From the IMG/VR virus record IMGVR_UViG_2802429248_000002: a stretch of DNA of 41,518 nucleotides. One strand, 5' to 3'. Source of the stretch: a virus. Lineage: Duplodnaviria; Heunggongvirae; Uroviricota; Caudoviricetes. The notes under the pieces are model-generated. The model was given only the letters and a program-made list of their open reading frames with translations. It ran no database searches and was not told the origin of the DNA. Of this stretch, positions 27,902 through 36,046 are shown in pieces (positions within the stretch are counted from its first letter, which is position 1; each line of letters starts with the position of its first letter). Made by a program: the position numbers and the translations under genes.

Positions 27902-28530
27902 TGATTACCATCCTGACGTTCTTTGAGTCGCTTCCTGGCTGCTGCTATGCGATCAGCAATTGTCACATTCACATTAACATCCAGACGTTCTTTGAACGCG
28001 TTAACGTCGACGTGCTTACCGATGAGCTCGAGGTTTTTCACCTTGTCGGGCCATTTCACCTTCTTCAGGATATGCTCGACATCCTCAACAGAGAGATCCG
28101 CCTCGCCATTCTCTTTTTGCAGGGAAGCCTGGGTTGTCTTGATGGTAGCGATATCCATAGCACTGAGAGAGGTACGCCAGACCTTCGGCCATTCAGCGAT
28201 CGGCTTCATCCCGCCGTCATCGTTCAGTATATCCAGCACGTCCATCTGGTCGATCTCCACCAGGCGCATGAGAACGTAATCAGCACTGACGCGCATTCGT
28301 TTGTTGCGCTCCTCCATCAACTCGGCAATCCGTTTTTTAATGCGTTCATCGCGCATCATGACACTGGCTTTAACTGCCGCTGTATTTGGGGAGAATCCTG
28401 CGTTAATCGCTGCCTGAGTCTGGTTTTCAGGCGTTTTGATGTATGACTGGCAATAAGCCTCCTGCATTGCTGTTAGTGGCTTAAATTGCGTTGATTTGCG
28501 TTTATAGGTTTTAGGTTCAGCAGGCATCAT
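27898..28530 (-). CDS. Terminase small subunit
   Basis: Start taken at MMPAEP (28530), because the longer track ORF would run through an upstream terminator hairpin. Basic N-terminal region, coupled to the large subunit. Confidence 0.55.
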   Translation of the reverse strand: MMPAEPKTYKRKSTQFKPLTAMQEAYCQSYIKTPENQTQAAINAGFSPNTAAVKASVMMRDERIKKRIAELMEERNKRMRVSADYVLMRLVEIDQMDVLDILNDDGGMKPIAEWPKVWRTSLSAMDIATIKTTQASLQKENGEADLSVEDVEHILKKVKWPDKVKNLELIGKHVDVNAFKERLDVNVNVTIADRIAAARKRLKERQDGNQ

Positions 28531-28572
28531 AACCACCGTGGTAATAGTTACCGTTGTGGTAATAGTACCATG

Positions 28573-28598
28573 CAAAATAAAGCCGCCATAGTTGGCGG
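28573..28598 (-). terminator. Intrinsic terminator-like hairpin upstream of the terminase small-subunit gene
   Basis: GCCGCC-ATAGTT-GGCGGC (28581-28598) with AAAATAAA on the plus strand, so TTTATTTT follows the hairpin on the minus strand. Confidence 0.45.
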
Positions 28599-28648
28599 CA
28601 GTATTCAAAACCCGTCAAATTCATCATGCATAATCTACTCGTGACATG

Positions 28649-28885
28649 TCACACTATTAATTTCGTTTCATGCCAGCCTTTAGTCACCCAGCATTGCGAG
28701 TCACCATTACACGGGCATGAATTAACTGGAACTCTCTCGCCGCACTTACCGCAACGTTTTCTGCTGATCGATTTTATACGCCCGCGCACACGTGCATCAT
28801 CCTGGCGGATCAGCAGCGCGATGTACTCGGCCATTTCATAGGGATCGCGACCAGGGCGCCGGGCGGCGCAGTTCCGCGCCAGCAT
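28649..28885 (-). CDS. Small Cys-rich (zinc-ribbon-like) protein upstream of the terminase operon, possible late-gene regulator
   Basis: Start uncertain: ATG 28885 has AGGAG 8 nt upstream, while the track ORF extends to a GTG at 28996. C-terminus RKRCGKCGERVPVNSCPCNGDSQCW. Confidence 0.35.
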   Translation of the reverse strand: MLARNCAARRPGRDPYEMAEYIALLIRQDDARVRGRIKSISRKRCGKCGERVPVNSCPCNGDSQCWVTKGWHETKLIV

Positions 28886-29101
28886 TTCCTGCTCCTGCTT
28901 ATCCAGCACCAGTTCAATTTTGCGCTCACCGGCGGCGGACTGCCGAGCGCGCTGCGCGGCTTTGCGTTCTGCGGGGGATTTAGCCACGAATCGCACTCCA
29001 CGCCAGATTGATTAATGACTCCCAGGTAATATAAACCCGGATACCAGCAGCCAGGCCGAAACCAATCACCATGGCATAAAGCAGAGCGTTGCACTTGTTC
29101 A

Positions 29102-29941
29102 TCACTTCACCTCCTGCGGCGGTTCTGGTAGCGGCATCCAGTGAGTTACTTTCGATGCCGGTTCTTCCCCATCGTCAGTAACTGCCCACCATTTGTTTCT
29201 CGACCAATCGTAATACCCTTCGAAGGTATCGCACTCAGTCCAGCCGTAAGACTTACCCCAACACCAAACATACTGTTTATCGTTCGGCATTCGCTCACTA
29301 CAGCTTATCCAACCATCCGGAGTTACCGGATAGTTGCGCATTGCGACCTTTAATGCCTCATAGAAGCAACCTTTCAGATTGTTGAACTGACGCCCATTTA
29401 GCGGGCCGTGTTCAGTCAGCATGTTGTGTAATTTCCATGCCGCGTCGTTTACTTCGTTGGATGACAGGGGAGGCAACTTGTAAGTTTGGCTTACAGGTTC
29501 GGCACCATGAAGCATGGCGTCGCTCCGCTCTATGCCATCCAGCGCGATTCGCAGTGCCTGAATTGTGGTAATGCTATCGTTTGGGGCTATTCCATATCGC
29601 TCGAATACAGCGATATGACCGCGCATAATCTCAGGCGTAAGCTCTTTGTAAGCATAAGCAAGCGACCCTGATGCATCATCCGGCACAACCGACGCAGGCG
29701 CGGCAGCATAAACAGGAATAACGTCCGCTTGCTCTTTATTGCTTTCATCCGTTAAAGCCCAGAATAATTTCCCGGCCGGATGTTTGAAAATATAAGCAAC
29801 TGGTTCTGCTTCCAGCGATGCCAGAGCAATTCGTGCCAGTTCTTCCGCTTCTTCTGCTGGCAGTACAACGTTGCTACCAGGTCCGTATGTTTCGCGCCAC
29901 TGTTTGATTGTCAGCAGTCGCTCTTTGGTAATAGTGGTCAT
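29102..29941 (-). CDS. Hypothetical phage protein with C-terminal DUF551-like W-rich domain
   Basis: 279 aa; C-terminus WxxCSERMPND...WCWG...W...HWMPLPEPP, typical of a recurrent prophage domain (memory). Confidence 0.5.
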   Translation of the reverse strand: MTTITKERLLTIKQWRETYGPGSNVVLPAEEAEELARIALASLEAEPVAYIFKHPAGKLFWALTDESNKEQADVIPVYAAAPASVVPDDASGSLAYAYKELTPEIMRGHIAVFERYGIAPNDSITTIQALRIALDGIERSDAMLHGAEPVSQTYKLPPLSSNEVNDAAWKLHNMLTEHGPLNGRQFNNLKGCFYEALKVAMRNYPVTPDGWISCSERMPNDKQYVWCWGKSYGWTECDTFEGYYDWSRNKWWAVTDDGEEPASKVTHWMPLPEPPQEVK

Positions 29942-29944
29942 GTG

Positions 29945-30094
29945 TTAGTCCTCTGTAGCAGGTGATACGCCGTAGTTGCATTCTTCATAGAATATGTCTC
30001 TGCCTATTTCTTCGGCATCCTCTGGCGTGTCTGCTTCAAACTCAACAACCTTGCAATCATTAAATCCTTCGATAGTCACGATGTACTTAGCCAT
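29945..30094 (-). CDS. Small acidic protein (hypothetical)
   Basis: Start taken at MAKYIV (ATG 30094) with AAGGAGAG upstream and ATGA overlap with the preceding gene stop; 49 aa. Confidence 0.4.
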   Translation of the reverse strand: MAKYIVTIEGFNDCKVVEFEADTPEDAEEIGRDIFYEECNYGVSPATED

Positions 30095-30095
30095 A

Positions 30096-30605
30096 TCACT
30101 CTCCTTTGATGCGAATGCCAGCTGCGCTTGCTGATTCTTCATATGCGCGTTTAGCAGCGTTAAGGATTGCTGCCAGTGGCGTATAGCCGCCATCCATTCG
30201 GATTGTGTTGTGGATGCCAGCCATTGTGTCGCGCAATTTGCTGTGGCTAGCAGACAGTTCTGCTATGCACTTCTCTGCGGCATCGGCTCGATCTTTTTCA
30301 CGCTGGAACATTTTGTGAGTGCGGTCTATAGCTTCGATTCGTGCCGCTGATGTCTTCTGCACGGCTTCAAGCTCAACACGCAGCTTCCCAACCGTAAGAG
30401 CAATATCCTCGTTCTCCTGGTCGCGGCGTTTGATGTATTGCTGGTTTCTTTCCCGTTCTTCCAGAAGCGCCAGCACAATATGTGGCGTTATCAAGGACTT
30501 AAATTCGGCAACAGCTTGCTCGCCTCGCTTGTAATTCTTAATCCCACCTAAATCTTTCGCGTTCTGTGCCGCCTCACGCAGTGCCTGATAGTCAATTTTG
30601 CTCAC
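30096..30605 (-). CDS. Ead/Ea22-like coiled-coil protein
   Basis: 169 aa, charged coiled-coil, early-left region of a lambdoid phage; family assignment from memory. Confidence 0.45.
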   Translation of the reverse strand: MSKIDYQALREAAQNAKDLGGIKNYKRGEQAVAEFKSLITPHIVLALLEERERNQQYIKRRDQENEDIALTVGKLRVELEAVQKTSAARIEAIDRTHKMFQREKDRADAAEKCIAELSASHSKLRDTMAGIHNTIRMDGGYTPLAAILNAAKRAYEESASAAGIRIKGE

Positions 30606-30858
30606 TGGTTGCCTCCGCTTCCCACGTTTTCAGACTTTCACCACAGAACGGGCAAAATGAAACTCGAATTGGTGATTTAGAAAATTCACCAGACCGCAGC
30701 ATGATCAGGTCTTGTGAATGAATTAATTCATGGTTATAGATTTTGTATATCAGCAGACCTTTTCGCGTCGTGTATTCAGCAGCCCGCTCCAGTGATTGTG
30801 CCAACGCCGCGCACGGTTCTATCTTGTTGCCATTAATTTTGCATTTTGACTCACTCAC
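30592..30858 (-). CDS. Small protein with C-terminal CxxC zinc-ribbon
   Basis: 88 aa; ..CPFCGESL.. near the C-terminus plus upstream Cys; translationally coupled. Confidence 0.4.
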   Translation of the reverse strand: MSESKCKINGNKIEPCAALAQSLERAAEYTTRKGLLIYKIYNHELIHSQDLIMLRSGEFSKSPIRVSFCPFCGESLKTWEAEATSEQN

Positions 30859-30904
30859 TGGTTGCCTCCTGTTAAATTTTCTGTGATATCAGCGTTTACG
30901 ACGA

Positions 30905-31912
30905 TCATTCACATACACCGGCATAAACACTGCTGCACACCGTCTTATCGTTCGTGCTCGCCAGTAGGTCAAATTGAGCGCCACCTCGGGTTGTCATTGC
31001 CCAGTCGCGATAGGTTTCGATTCCGTAGCTGTCTACGGTAACTACATCTATGCGACGTTCTGCCCGGCGTGGGTCATGAGTTGACGGAAAAAACGTTGAG
31101 TTGCCGTGGCGAGAGCAGGCTGCAACTAATCGTTCCCACTCTGCCACTCTGGCGATTTCCTCTGGCCAGCGCTGAAAAATTTCCGCCAGTTCAGATTTTC
31201 TGGCATGAATGCATGGCATACACCCAACGCGGCCGCATCCTTGTTGGTAGAGTGGGTTGGGTTTAATCCCGTGACGCCTGGCAATAGCGAAAACATCCTC
31301 ATGTAGCCAGTTGAGAATCGGACGATAGACATGCAATCCGGGGGTATTGTCCGCATCCTCCTCCCACACTTGCAGGCGTGCCCTCGATGGCGATTCCTGA
31401 GCACGCACACCCTGCCAGGAGATAACTTCGTCATATTCATCAAGCGCAGGTTGCACCACCTGAGTGCGCACTGGTTCGTGTTTCAGTTCGAATGTACAGA
31501 ACCGCGCTTTAGTACTCGGGAAACGACCTTTCCACATGCACAGGTCAAGAAATGGATTTCCGGTTGGGTGTAGGATTTCCAGCGCACGAGCAACACGTTC
31601 CGCTGCTTCATCAGGCGTCATTCCGCACTCTGCAACAAGAGATACTGGCCATTTTTCAGCAATGAATTTGCGCTTACCTTCTATCTGGCGAGTGAAGTCG
31701 GCTTTTACGCGACGAATTGGGCCCAGCTTTTGTTCCAGGTAGTCAAGGTACTCCATCGTTTGTGGGTGTTCGTGTCCCGTATCAGCAAACACTCGCTCAT
31801 GCTGTATATCGTTTTCTATGGCATACAAACATTGCGCCAGTGAGTCTTTCCCGCCAGACATGGAAACCAAATTAAAAGTGTTTTCTGCTCGGCAGCGCTG
31901 AACGATGCTCAC
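30905..31912 (-). CDS. PAPS reductase-like / PP-loop ATP pyrophosphatase family protein
   Basis: 335 aa; N-terminal PP-loop motif VSMSGGKDS; Cys-rich C-terminal half (CGRVGCMPC). Confidence 0.7.
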   Translation of the reverse strand: MSIVQRCRAENTFNLVSMSGGKDSLAQCLYAIENDIQHERVFADTGHEHPQTMEYLDYLEQKLGPIRRVKADFTRQIEGKRKFIAEKWPVSLVAECGMTPDEAAERVARALEILHPTGNPFLDLCMWKGRFPSTKARFCTFELKHEPVRTQVVQPALDEYDEVISWQGVRAQESPSRARLQVWEEDADNTPGLHVYRPILNWLHEDVFAIARRHGIKPNPLYQQGCGRVGCMPCIHARKSELAEIFQRWPEEIARVAEWERLVAACSRHGNSTFFPSTHDPRRAERRIDVVTVDSYGIETYRDWAMTTRGGAQFDLLASTNDKTVCSSVYAGVCE

Positions 31913-32529
31913 TGGCCGCCTCCTTTGCGAAGATCTGCGGCCAACTCGTCACATATGTGCGTCAAAGAGCAAAGTTTGATTGATGGATGTTCGCGCATCA
32001 TCTCCACCCCCTGCGCCCGCACTTCAGCCAGGCATTTGCGAAACTCGGAAACGTACTGTTCGACGCTCATTCCCCAGCTAAGTGGACATTCATTGAATGT
32101 TTCGCCTTCGTGCTCTTCATCAGGTAGCTCTTTGGTAAAGAACTCACGCTCAATGGCGTGGAGTGTGTCAGCAAAACGACGTAAGTTACTCAAACCTACC
32201 GTAATGGAGAATTCAGGAGCATCACATCCGACGCCCATCTGCTGATAAACGGCGGTTTTGAAGGCCTTAAGCCCCGCATTCTCCGCTGCCAGCGCCGAAA
32301 ACTTCTCGTGTGCCAACTTAACAGCTGCATCAGCCTGCTTAATTGACTCAATCGCTTTCTGCTGGTCTTCGGCCAGCGCATTAGCACGCACCAGTTGCAC
32401 TTCCAGTTGCGTTGCCAAATCGCTGATCAGCTTTGCCACACTGCGCATATCAACGGCACCACATTCTGCTTTCAGTTCCGAAGCCATCTCATGCCCGGCG
32501 GCAACTAACCCTTTGATATTACTTTCCAT
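31909..32529 (-). CDS. Hypothetical early protein
   Basis: 206 aa helical ORF, overlaps the downstream gene start by 4 nt. Confidence 0.45.
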   Translation of the reverse strand: MESNIKGLVAAGHEMASELKAECGAVDMRSVAKLISDLATQLEVQLVRANALAEDQQKAIESIKQADAAVKLAHEKFSALAAENAGLKAFKTAVYQQMGVGCDAPEFSITVGLSNLRRFADTLHAIEREFFTKELPDEEHEGETFNECPLSWGMSVEQYVSEFRKCLAEVRAQGVEMMREHPSIKLCSLTHICDELAADLRKGGGQ

Positions 32530-32590
32530 CTTTACCCTCGCTTATCCACATAACTTATTGATTACATTGATAACTAAAAAGATCGTCGAT

Positions 32591-32938
32591 TCAGAACTCT
32601 TCGATGTTCCAGCCACCACCTGCTTTCTTTGGCTTAACCGTTACCCCGATGATTCGGAACGGATACTGATCTGCGGCGACTTTGGTTTTCACTCTGGCGT
32701 CATCGGTCCAGAATCCCCCTTTCACTTCGTGCAGTTCCATCTCGCCGGTGGCGAGCATCACAGCAAAATCTGGCGTATAGAACGTGTTGTCAGCTAACCG
32801 CAGCTTGATACCCTCAAATCGATACCAGACGATTTCTCCTGCACGTTTACGCAGCTCAAGGTGCTGGCAATACGCAGATTCTGTTTTGTTCATCTGGCCT
32901 GTTTTGAGTCGACCAAGAGCCTGCATCTGTTTTCTCAT
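32591..32938 (-). CDS. VRR-NUC-like (PD-(D/E)xK) nuclease domain protein
   Basis: 115 aa; motif ..YTPDFAVMLATGEMELHEVKGG.. fits the D...E.K catalytic arrangement of VRR-NUC domains (memory). Operator palindrome 4 nt upstream of the ATG. Confidence 0.55.
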   Translation of the reverse strand: MRKQMQALGRLKTGQMNKTESAYCQHLELRKRAGEIVWYRFEGIKLRLADNTFYTPDFAVMLATGEMELHEVKGGFWTDDARVKTKVAADQYPFRIIGVTVKPKKAGGGWNIEEF

Positions 32939-32941
32939 GAT

Positions 32942-33018
32942 TTACCCCTTAGGTAATTAAAAACCACATAAGACACGAAATCAATAGATTTTAGAATATT
33001 TTATTACCTCTAAGGTAA
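32942..33018. promoter_or_regulatory. Pair of operator palindromes (TTACCCCTTAGGTAA 32942-32956; TTACCTCTAAGGTAA 33004-33018) flanking a putative minus-strand promoter
   Basis: Minus-strand TTGATT-17 bp-TTTAAT lies between the two palindromes; the proximal palindrome overlaps the RBS of the VRR-NUC gene. Confidence 0.5.
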
Positions 33019-33055
33019 TTATCGAGACGTAAAAAAATGCGCTATCGCGCTGGTA

Positions 33056-33856
33056 TTACTTGATAAATCCTGACGCCTTTCCCCGCCTGTATTCCTCCAT
33101 CAGCCACTGCGCCGGTGTTATTCCCCCAAGGGTGGCGGCGTTAGGCATGCACCCGAAACTTCGCCCTGGTGGATGGTAAACGTCTCTCCCTGTGTCCGGA
33201 GGCGTACTCATGGGTTCTGGCTTTGCCTGTATGCTGATCACCGGATCGGGTATCTGCTGTCCGGAAGCCACCTTTTTCGCCCAATCATCGAGCAGCCTGC
33301 GCGCGTGTTTCTCAACCTCAATCTCGCTAAGCTGGCGCTGATACATTGCACGGCGGGTATCACATACGACCCAGTACATAACCTGATGTCGCCACGGGAA
33401 TCTTTCGGGACCACCAGGATATAAACTTTTTTCCTTGCTGTACCGGTGAAACTCCGCCATCACATCGTCAATGGTGACGCCAAGAACCATCTTGCTGTCT
33501 TTACACCACTTGATGAATTGCCCTGGCGACGGCCAGAACGGAGAATCACTGGCGCGGGCGTGGCGCATACCAGCAGAAACCTGTTCACGGGTTCGGATCC
33601 CCCCTTCGGCAAACGCAGCAATCCACTGCTGTTTTGCAGCAACTTCCTGCTCTGGCGTCTTCAGGTTGGTTACCACTGCCGCCGGAAACAGTTGTTTCAG
33701 CTGTTTGAAAAGGGCATCAACAAGCCTCTCTGCTGACATGTTCACTACGTTGTCATTGTTGGTGTACTGATGCTCATAACCTGACATGCGAGAAAGGGCT
33801 TCTCCGTCACGGTTTTGTATTGCGGTAAAAACGTTGTTCACAAGAAATCCTCCCAC
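33056..33856 (-). CDS. Replication protein P-like (DnaB helicase loader)
   Basis: 266 aa; segment WIAAFAEGGIRTREQVSAGMRHARASDSPFWPSPGQFIKWCKD aligns with the lambda P core (..WVLAFRENGITTMEQVNAGMRVARRQNRPFLPSPGQFVAWCRE..) from memory. Confidence 0.7.
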   Translation of the reverse strand: MGGFLVNNVFTAIQNRDGEALSRMSGYEHQYTNNDNVVNMSAERLVDALFKQLKQLFPAAVVTNLKTPEQEVAAKQQWIAAFAEGGIRTREQVSAGMRHARASDSPFWPSPGQFIKWCKDSKMVLGVTIDDVMAEFHRYSKEKSLYPGGPERFPWRHQVMYWVVCDTRRAMYQRQLSEIEVEKHARRLLDDWAKKVASGQQIPDPVISIQAKPEPMSTPPDTGRDVYHPPGRSFGCMPNAATLGGITPAQWLMEEYRRGKASGFIK

Positions 33857-34653
33857 GCTTCAGGGCTGTTCCAGTGCGGAACGTTGTTATCAGGTAATGT
33901 TGATTGCTTCTGTCTGCTAATCTGCAGCCGCCTTGCCAGCTTCTGCTCCCACTGTGCCTGATGGTATGCCTTACCCTCAGCCATCCAGTAAATTCTGAAC
34001 TCTGCAAGTTCCTGTGCCGTTGGCAGACTGTCCAGGTAGATCCCCTGCAATGAGCTTTTCCGAAGAAAGTCATCTGATGGCTGCCATTGTTCATGCATGA
34101 CAAATTTGCCTAATTGCCCTGGCCCACCAGGAGGAACAAAGTTATTCATCACGGCGTTGTTTGCGCCGGGGTCATGATGCACAGAATCCCCGTTTTTTGT
34201 CCTGCTCTCCCTCTCTTGGTTAAATGACTGGTTATATGACTGGTTCTGGATCCCGTTTTTGGGATCATTCAACATCCCGTTTTTGGAATCATTCAACATA
34301 CCGTTTTTGGGTATATTCCCGTTTTCGGTAACATTACCGTTTTCGGGTTCATTGCCCCCCTCTCGGTTGCCTTTAATGTTCCCGTTTTTGGTTATATTAA
34401 GAGAGAAAACCCGCACTCTTTTTGTCGCTCCCTTTCTCTCCCCGGTATCTGAAATAAGCCCCATTTTCATGAGCGATATAAGTCCGGCCTGCACGGTTTT
34501 TTTATTCAGGCAAGTGTCTTTAACGAGGCGTTCTATGCTGGGGTAGCAGAGGTTATATTCATCGGCTCTGTCAGCCATCGAGAGCAGTATGAGCTTTAAT
34601 GACGAGCTACCTGGATCTGTCTCCCAGGCCCAATCTGTTGCATGTCTGCTCAT
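33838..34653 (-). CDS. Replication initiator with N-terminal HTH and DnaT-like C-terminal domain (O-equivalent)
   Basis: 271 aa; C-terminus LGKFVMHEQWQPSDDFL...ELAEFRIYWMAEGKAYHQAQWEQKLARRLQISRQ resembles E. coli DnaT (memory). Central Asn/Gly-rich repeats are encoded by iteron-like DNA repeats. Confidence 0.65.
   Translation of the reverse strand: MSRHATDWAWETDPGSSSLKLILLSMADRADEYNLCYPSIERLVKDTCLNKKTVQAGLISLMKMGLISDTGERKGATKRVRVFSLNITKNGNIKGNREGGNEPENGNVTENGNIPKNGMLNDSKNGMLNDPKNGIQNQSYNQSFNQERESRTKNGDSVHHDPGANNAVMNNFVPPGGPGQLGKFVMHEQWQPSDDFLRKSSLQGIYLDSLPTAQELAEFRIYWMAEGKAYHQAQWEQKLARRLQISRQKQSTLPDNNVPHWNSPEAWEDFL
34251..34392. repeat. Iteron-like array: six copies of (C/A)CCGTTTT(T/C)GG inside the replication initiator gene (putative ori)
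   Basis: Copies begin near 34251, 34276, 34300, 34317, 34336 and 34381, spacing 17-45 bp; also a direct repeat ATGACTGGTT x2 at about 34223-34246. Confidence 0.5.
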
Positions 34654-34668
34654 GATTAATCTCCGCTA

Positions 34669-34869
34669 TCAGCTTGAATGTTGTGGGGAGGAATTAATCA
34701 TGATCTGCTTAATCTCTGCCCTGATACGACGGTTTGATTCCATGGTGCACTCAACACAGTGTCCGTTGTAAACCCAGCGTTCACTGTCATGTCCGTGCTT
34801 ACATATTTTTCCGGTGTAGTAGCGTTTAAGTCCGCGCTTTGCGGCATCAATACGTGTAATGATTTCCAT
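34669..34869 (-). CDS. Small zinc-finger-like protein (hypothetical early regulator)
   Basis: Start taken at MEIITR (ATG 34869); 66 aa; CKHGH...CVEC motif. Confidence 0.35.
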   Translation of the reverse strand: MEIITRIDAAKRGLKRYYTGKICKHGHDSERWVYNGHCVECTMESNRRIRAEIKQIMINSSPQHSS

Positions 34870-34949
34870 GGTAAGCCATGTTATTAGTATTGGGATTACG
34901 GTTATTTTGTGCTGACACAAAAAAAAGATCAACCACATTTGGTTTTTTA

Positions 34950-34964
34950 TTACCTTTGAGGTAC
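34950..34964. promoter_or_regulatory. Operator palindrome TTACCTTTGAGGTAC upstream of the early-left genes
   Basis: Located between the Cro-like gene stop (35020) and the small zinc-finger gene start (34869). Confidence 0.4.
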
Positions 34965-35019
34965 GAATAGATATGAAAAGACCGCCGGATGGCGGTCTAC
35001 AGAGGGTTGTGGCTGGATA

Positions 35020-35250
35020 TCATGAGTAGAAGAAGTATGCCAGTTCTGCTTTTGAGCGCAGCCATTGTCTTGATTTACAGGCTTTAAAAAGCCCATCCAT
35101 CAATACCTTACCTGGCATTTTGCGCTTACCTGTTAAGTGAGTCTGGATATAGTGACTCGTCGTTCCGGCTTCCTGTGCGAAGGCTTCACGCTCATCCGGA
35201 GTAAGTGCAAGCCAGTGCTTTTTGAAATCGAAATGTCCGTTATCGCTCAT
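35020..35250 (-). CDS. Cro-like HTH DNA-binding protein (first gene of the leftward early operon)
   Basis: 76 aa; HTH-like segment FAQEAGTTSHYIQTHLTGKR; divergent from the repressor-like gene across an operator-rich 150-bp region. Confidence 0.45.
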   Translation of the reverse strand: MSDNGHFDFKKHWLALTPDEREAFAQEAGTTSHYIQTHLTGKRKMPGKVLMDGLFKACKSRQWLRSKAELAYFFYS

Positions 35251-35286
35251 AGCTATTGCCTGATATTTATTTCAGATAATAAATAT

Positions 35287-35349
35287 TCACCTATAAGGTA
35301 ACAAAAATCAAGGATAGTTACCCATGAGGTGCATTTACCTGTTGGGTAA
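35287..35349. promoter_or_regulatory. Immunity-region operator cluster: three sites (TCACCTATAAGGTAA 35287-35301; TTACCCATGAGGTGC 35318-35332; TTACCTGTTGGGTAA 35335-35349)
   Basis: Clustered palindromes in the divergent Cro-like/repressor intergenic region, analogous in layout to lambdoid tripartite operators. Confidence 0.55.
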
Positions 35350-35404
35350 TATTGCTTTAAATTGAATCATCTTCTGATTCAGATATGAGGCGATTTTCCA
35401 GAAA

Positions 35405-35989
35405 ATGAAAAGTATCCAGGACGTCCGCAGGCAAAATCTCAACGACTTGATCGACCGTGAATTCAATGGTGTTCAGACGCGGATGGCTGAAAAACTTGGA
35501 ACTCAGGCAAATCTGGTAAACCGCTGGGCTCTTGGCAAGAAGGTTATCGGCGACCAGGTTGCGCGAAAAATTGAAGCTGCCGCCAATAAACCCCGTAACT
35601 GGCTTGATATCGATCGCTCGCTTTCTCAGGAAGGTTTTCAGCCTGTCGGCCCGAGTGATATAGGTCAGCTGGCTGCTCACAACCTGGAACGCTGGATGAG
35701 CGAAAGCCGCGACCTTTCAACGCAGGGAAAACTACACCGCGCATCCGGCGTCGCCCAGGTGACAATCAGCCGCCTGTTAAACAATGAGGTCAGCGTTTCC
35801 ATTTCCACCCTGGAGAATGTTGCATCCGCATTCGGGCGTCATGGCTATGAATTACTGATTCACCCGCACGACCCTGCGACTATCAACTATGACCGCTCGC
35901 GCTACGCATTGTTACCCGAAACCGAGAAAGCAAAGATCGAAAGTTACATTGAATTTGTCATCAACCAGAACGAAAAAAACAAACAATAA
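35405..35989 (+). CDS. XRE-family repressor-like protein with two HTH motifs and no S24 autocleavage domain (putative immunity repressor)
   Basis: 194 aa; HTH 1 GVQTRMAEKLGTQANLVNRW, HTH 2 ASGVAQVTISRLLNNEVSVS; no GDSM/Ser-Lys peptidase signature; flanked by operator clusters on both sides; terminator immediately downstream. Confidence 0.55.
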   Translation: MKSIQDVRRQNLNDLIDREFNGVQTRMAEKLGTQANLVNRWALGKKVIGDQVARKIEAAANKPRNWLDIDRSLSQEGFQPVGPSDIGQLAAHNLERWMSESRDLSTQGKLHRASGVAQVTISRLLNNEVSVSISTLENVASAFGRHGYELLIHPHDPATINYDRSRYALLPETEKAKIESYIEFVINQNEKNKQ

Positions 35990-36010
35990 AATCATATTTT
36001 TCAGTAAGTA

Positions 36011-36034
36011 AGCCGCCTTCTGGCGGCTTTTTTA
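36011..36034 (+). terminator. Intrinsic terminator after the repressor-like gene
   Basis: AGCCGCC-TTCT-GGCGGCT hairpin followed by TTTTTTATT. Confidence 0.65.
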
Positions 36035-36046
36035 TTGCCTACTCGA

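Noticed and set aside
35262-35277. LexA-box-like CTGATATTTATTTCAG next to the Cro-like gene start
   Set aside because: Has CTGA...TCAG rather than CTGT...ACAG and is not a true palindrome; not called as an SOS box.
35357-35680. Minus-strand 107-aa ORF antisense to the repressor gene
   Set aside because: Lies entirely opposite the HTH-encoding repressor ORF and would begin inside the operator region; no support.
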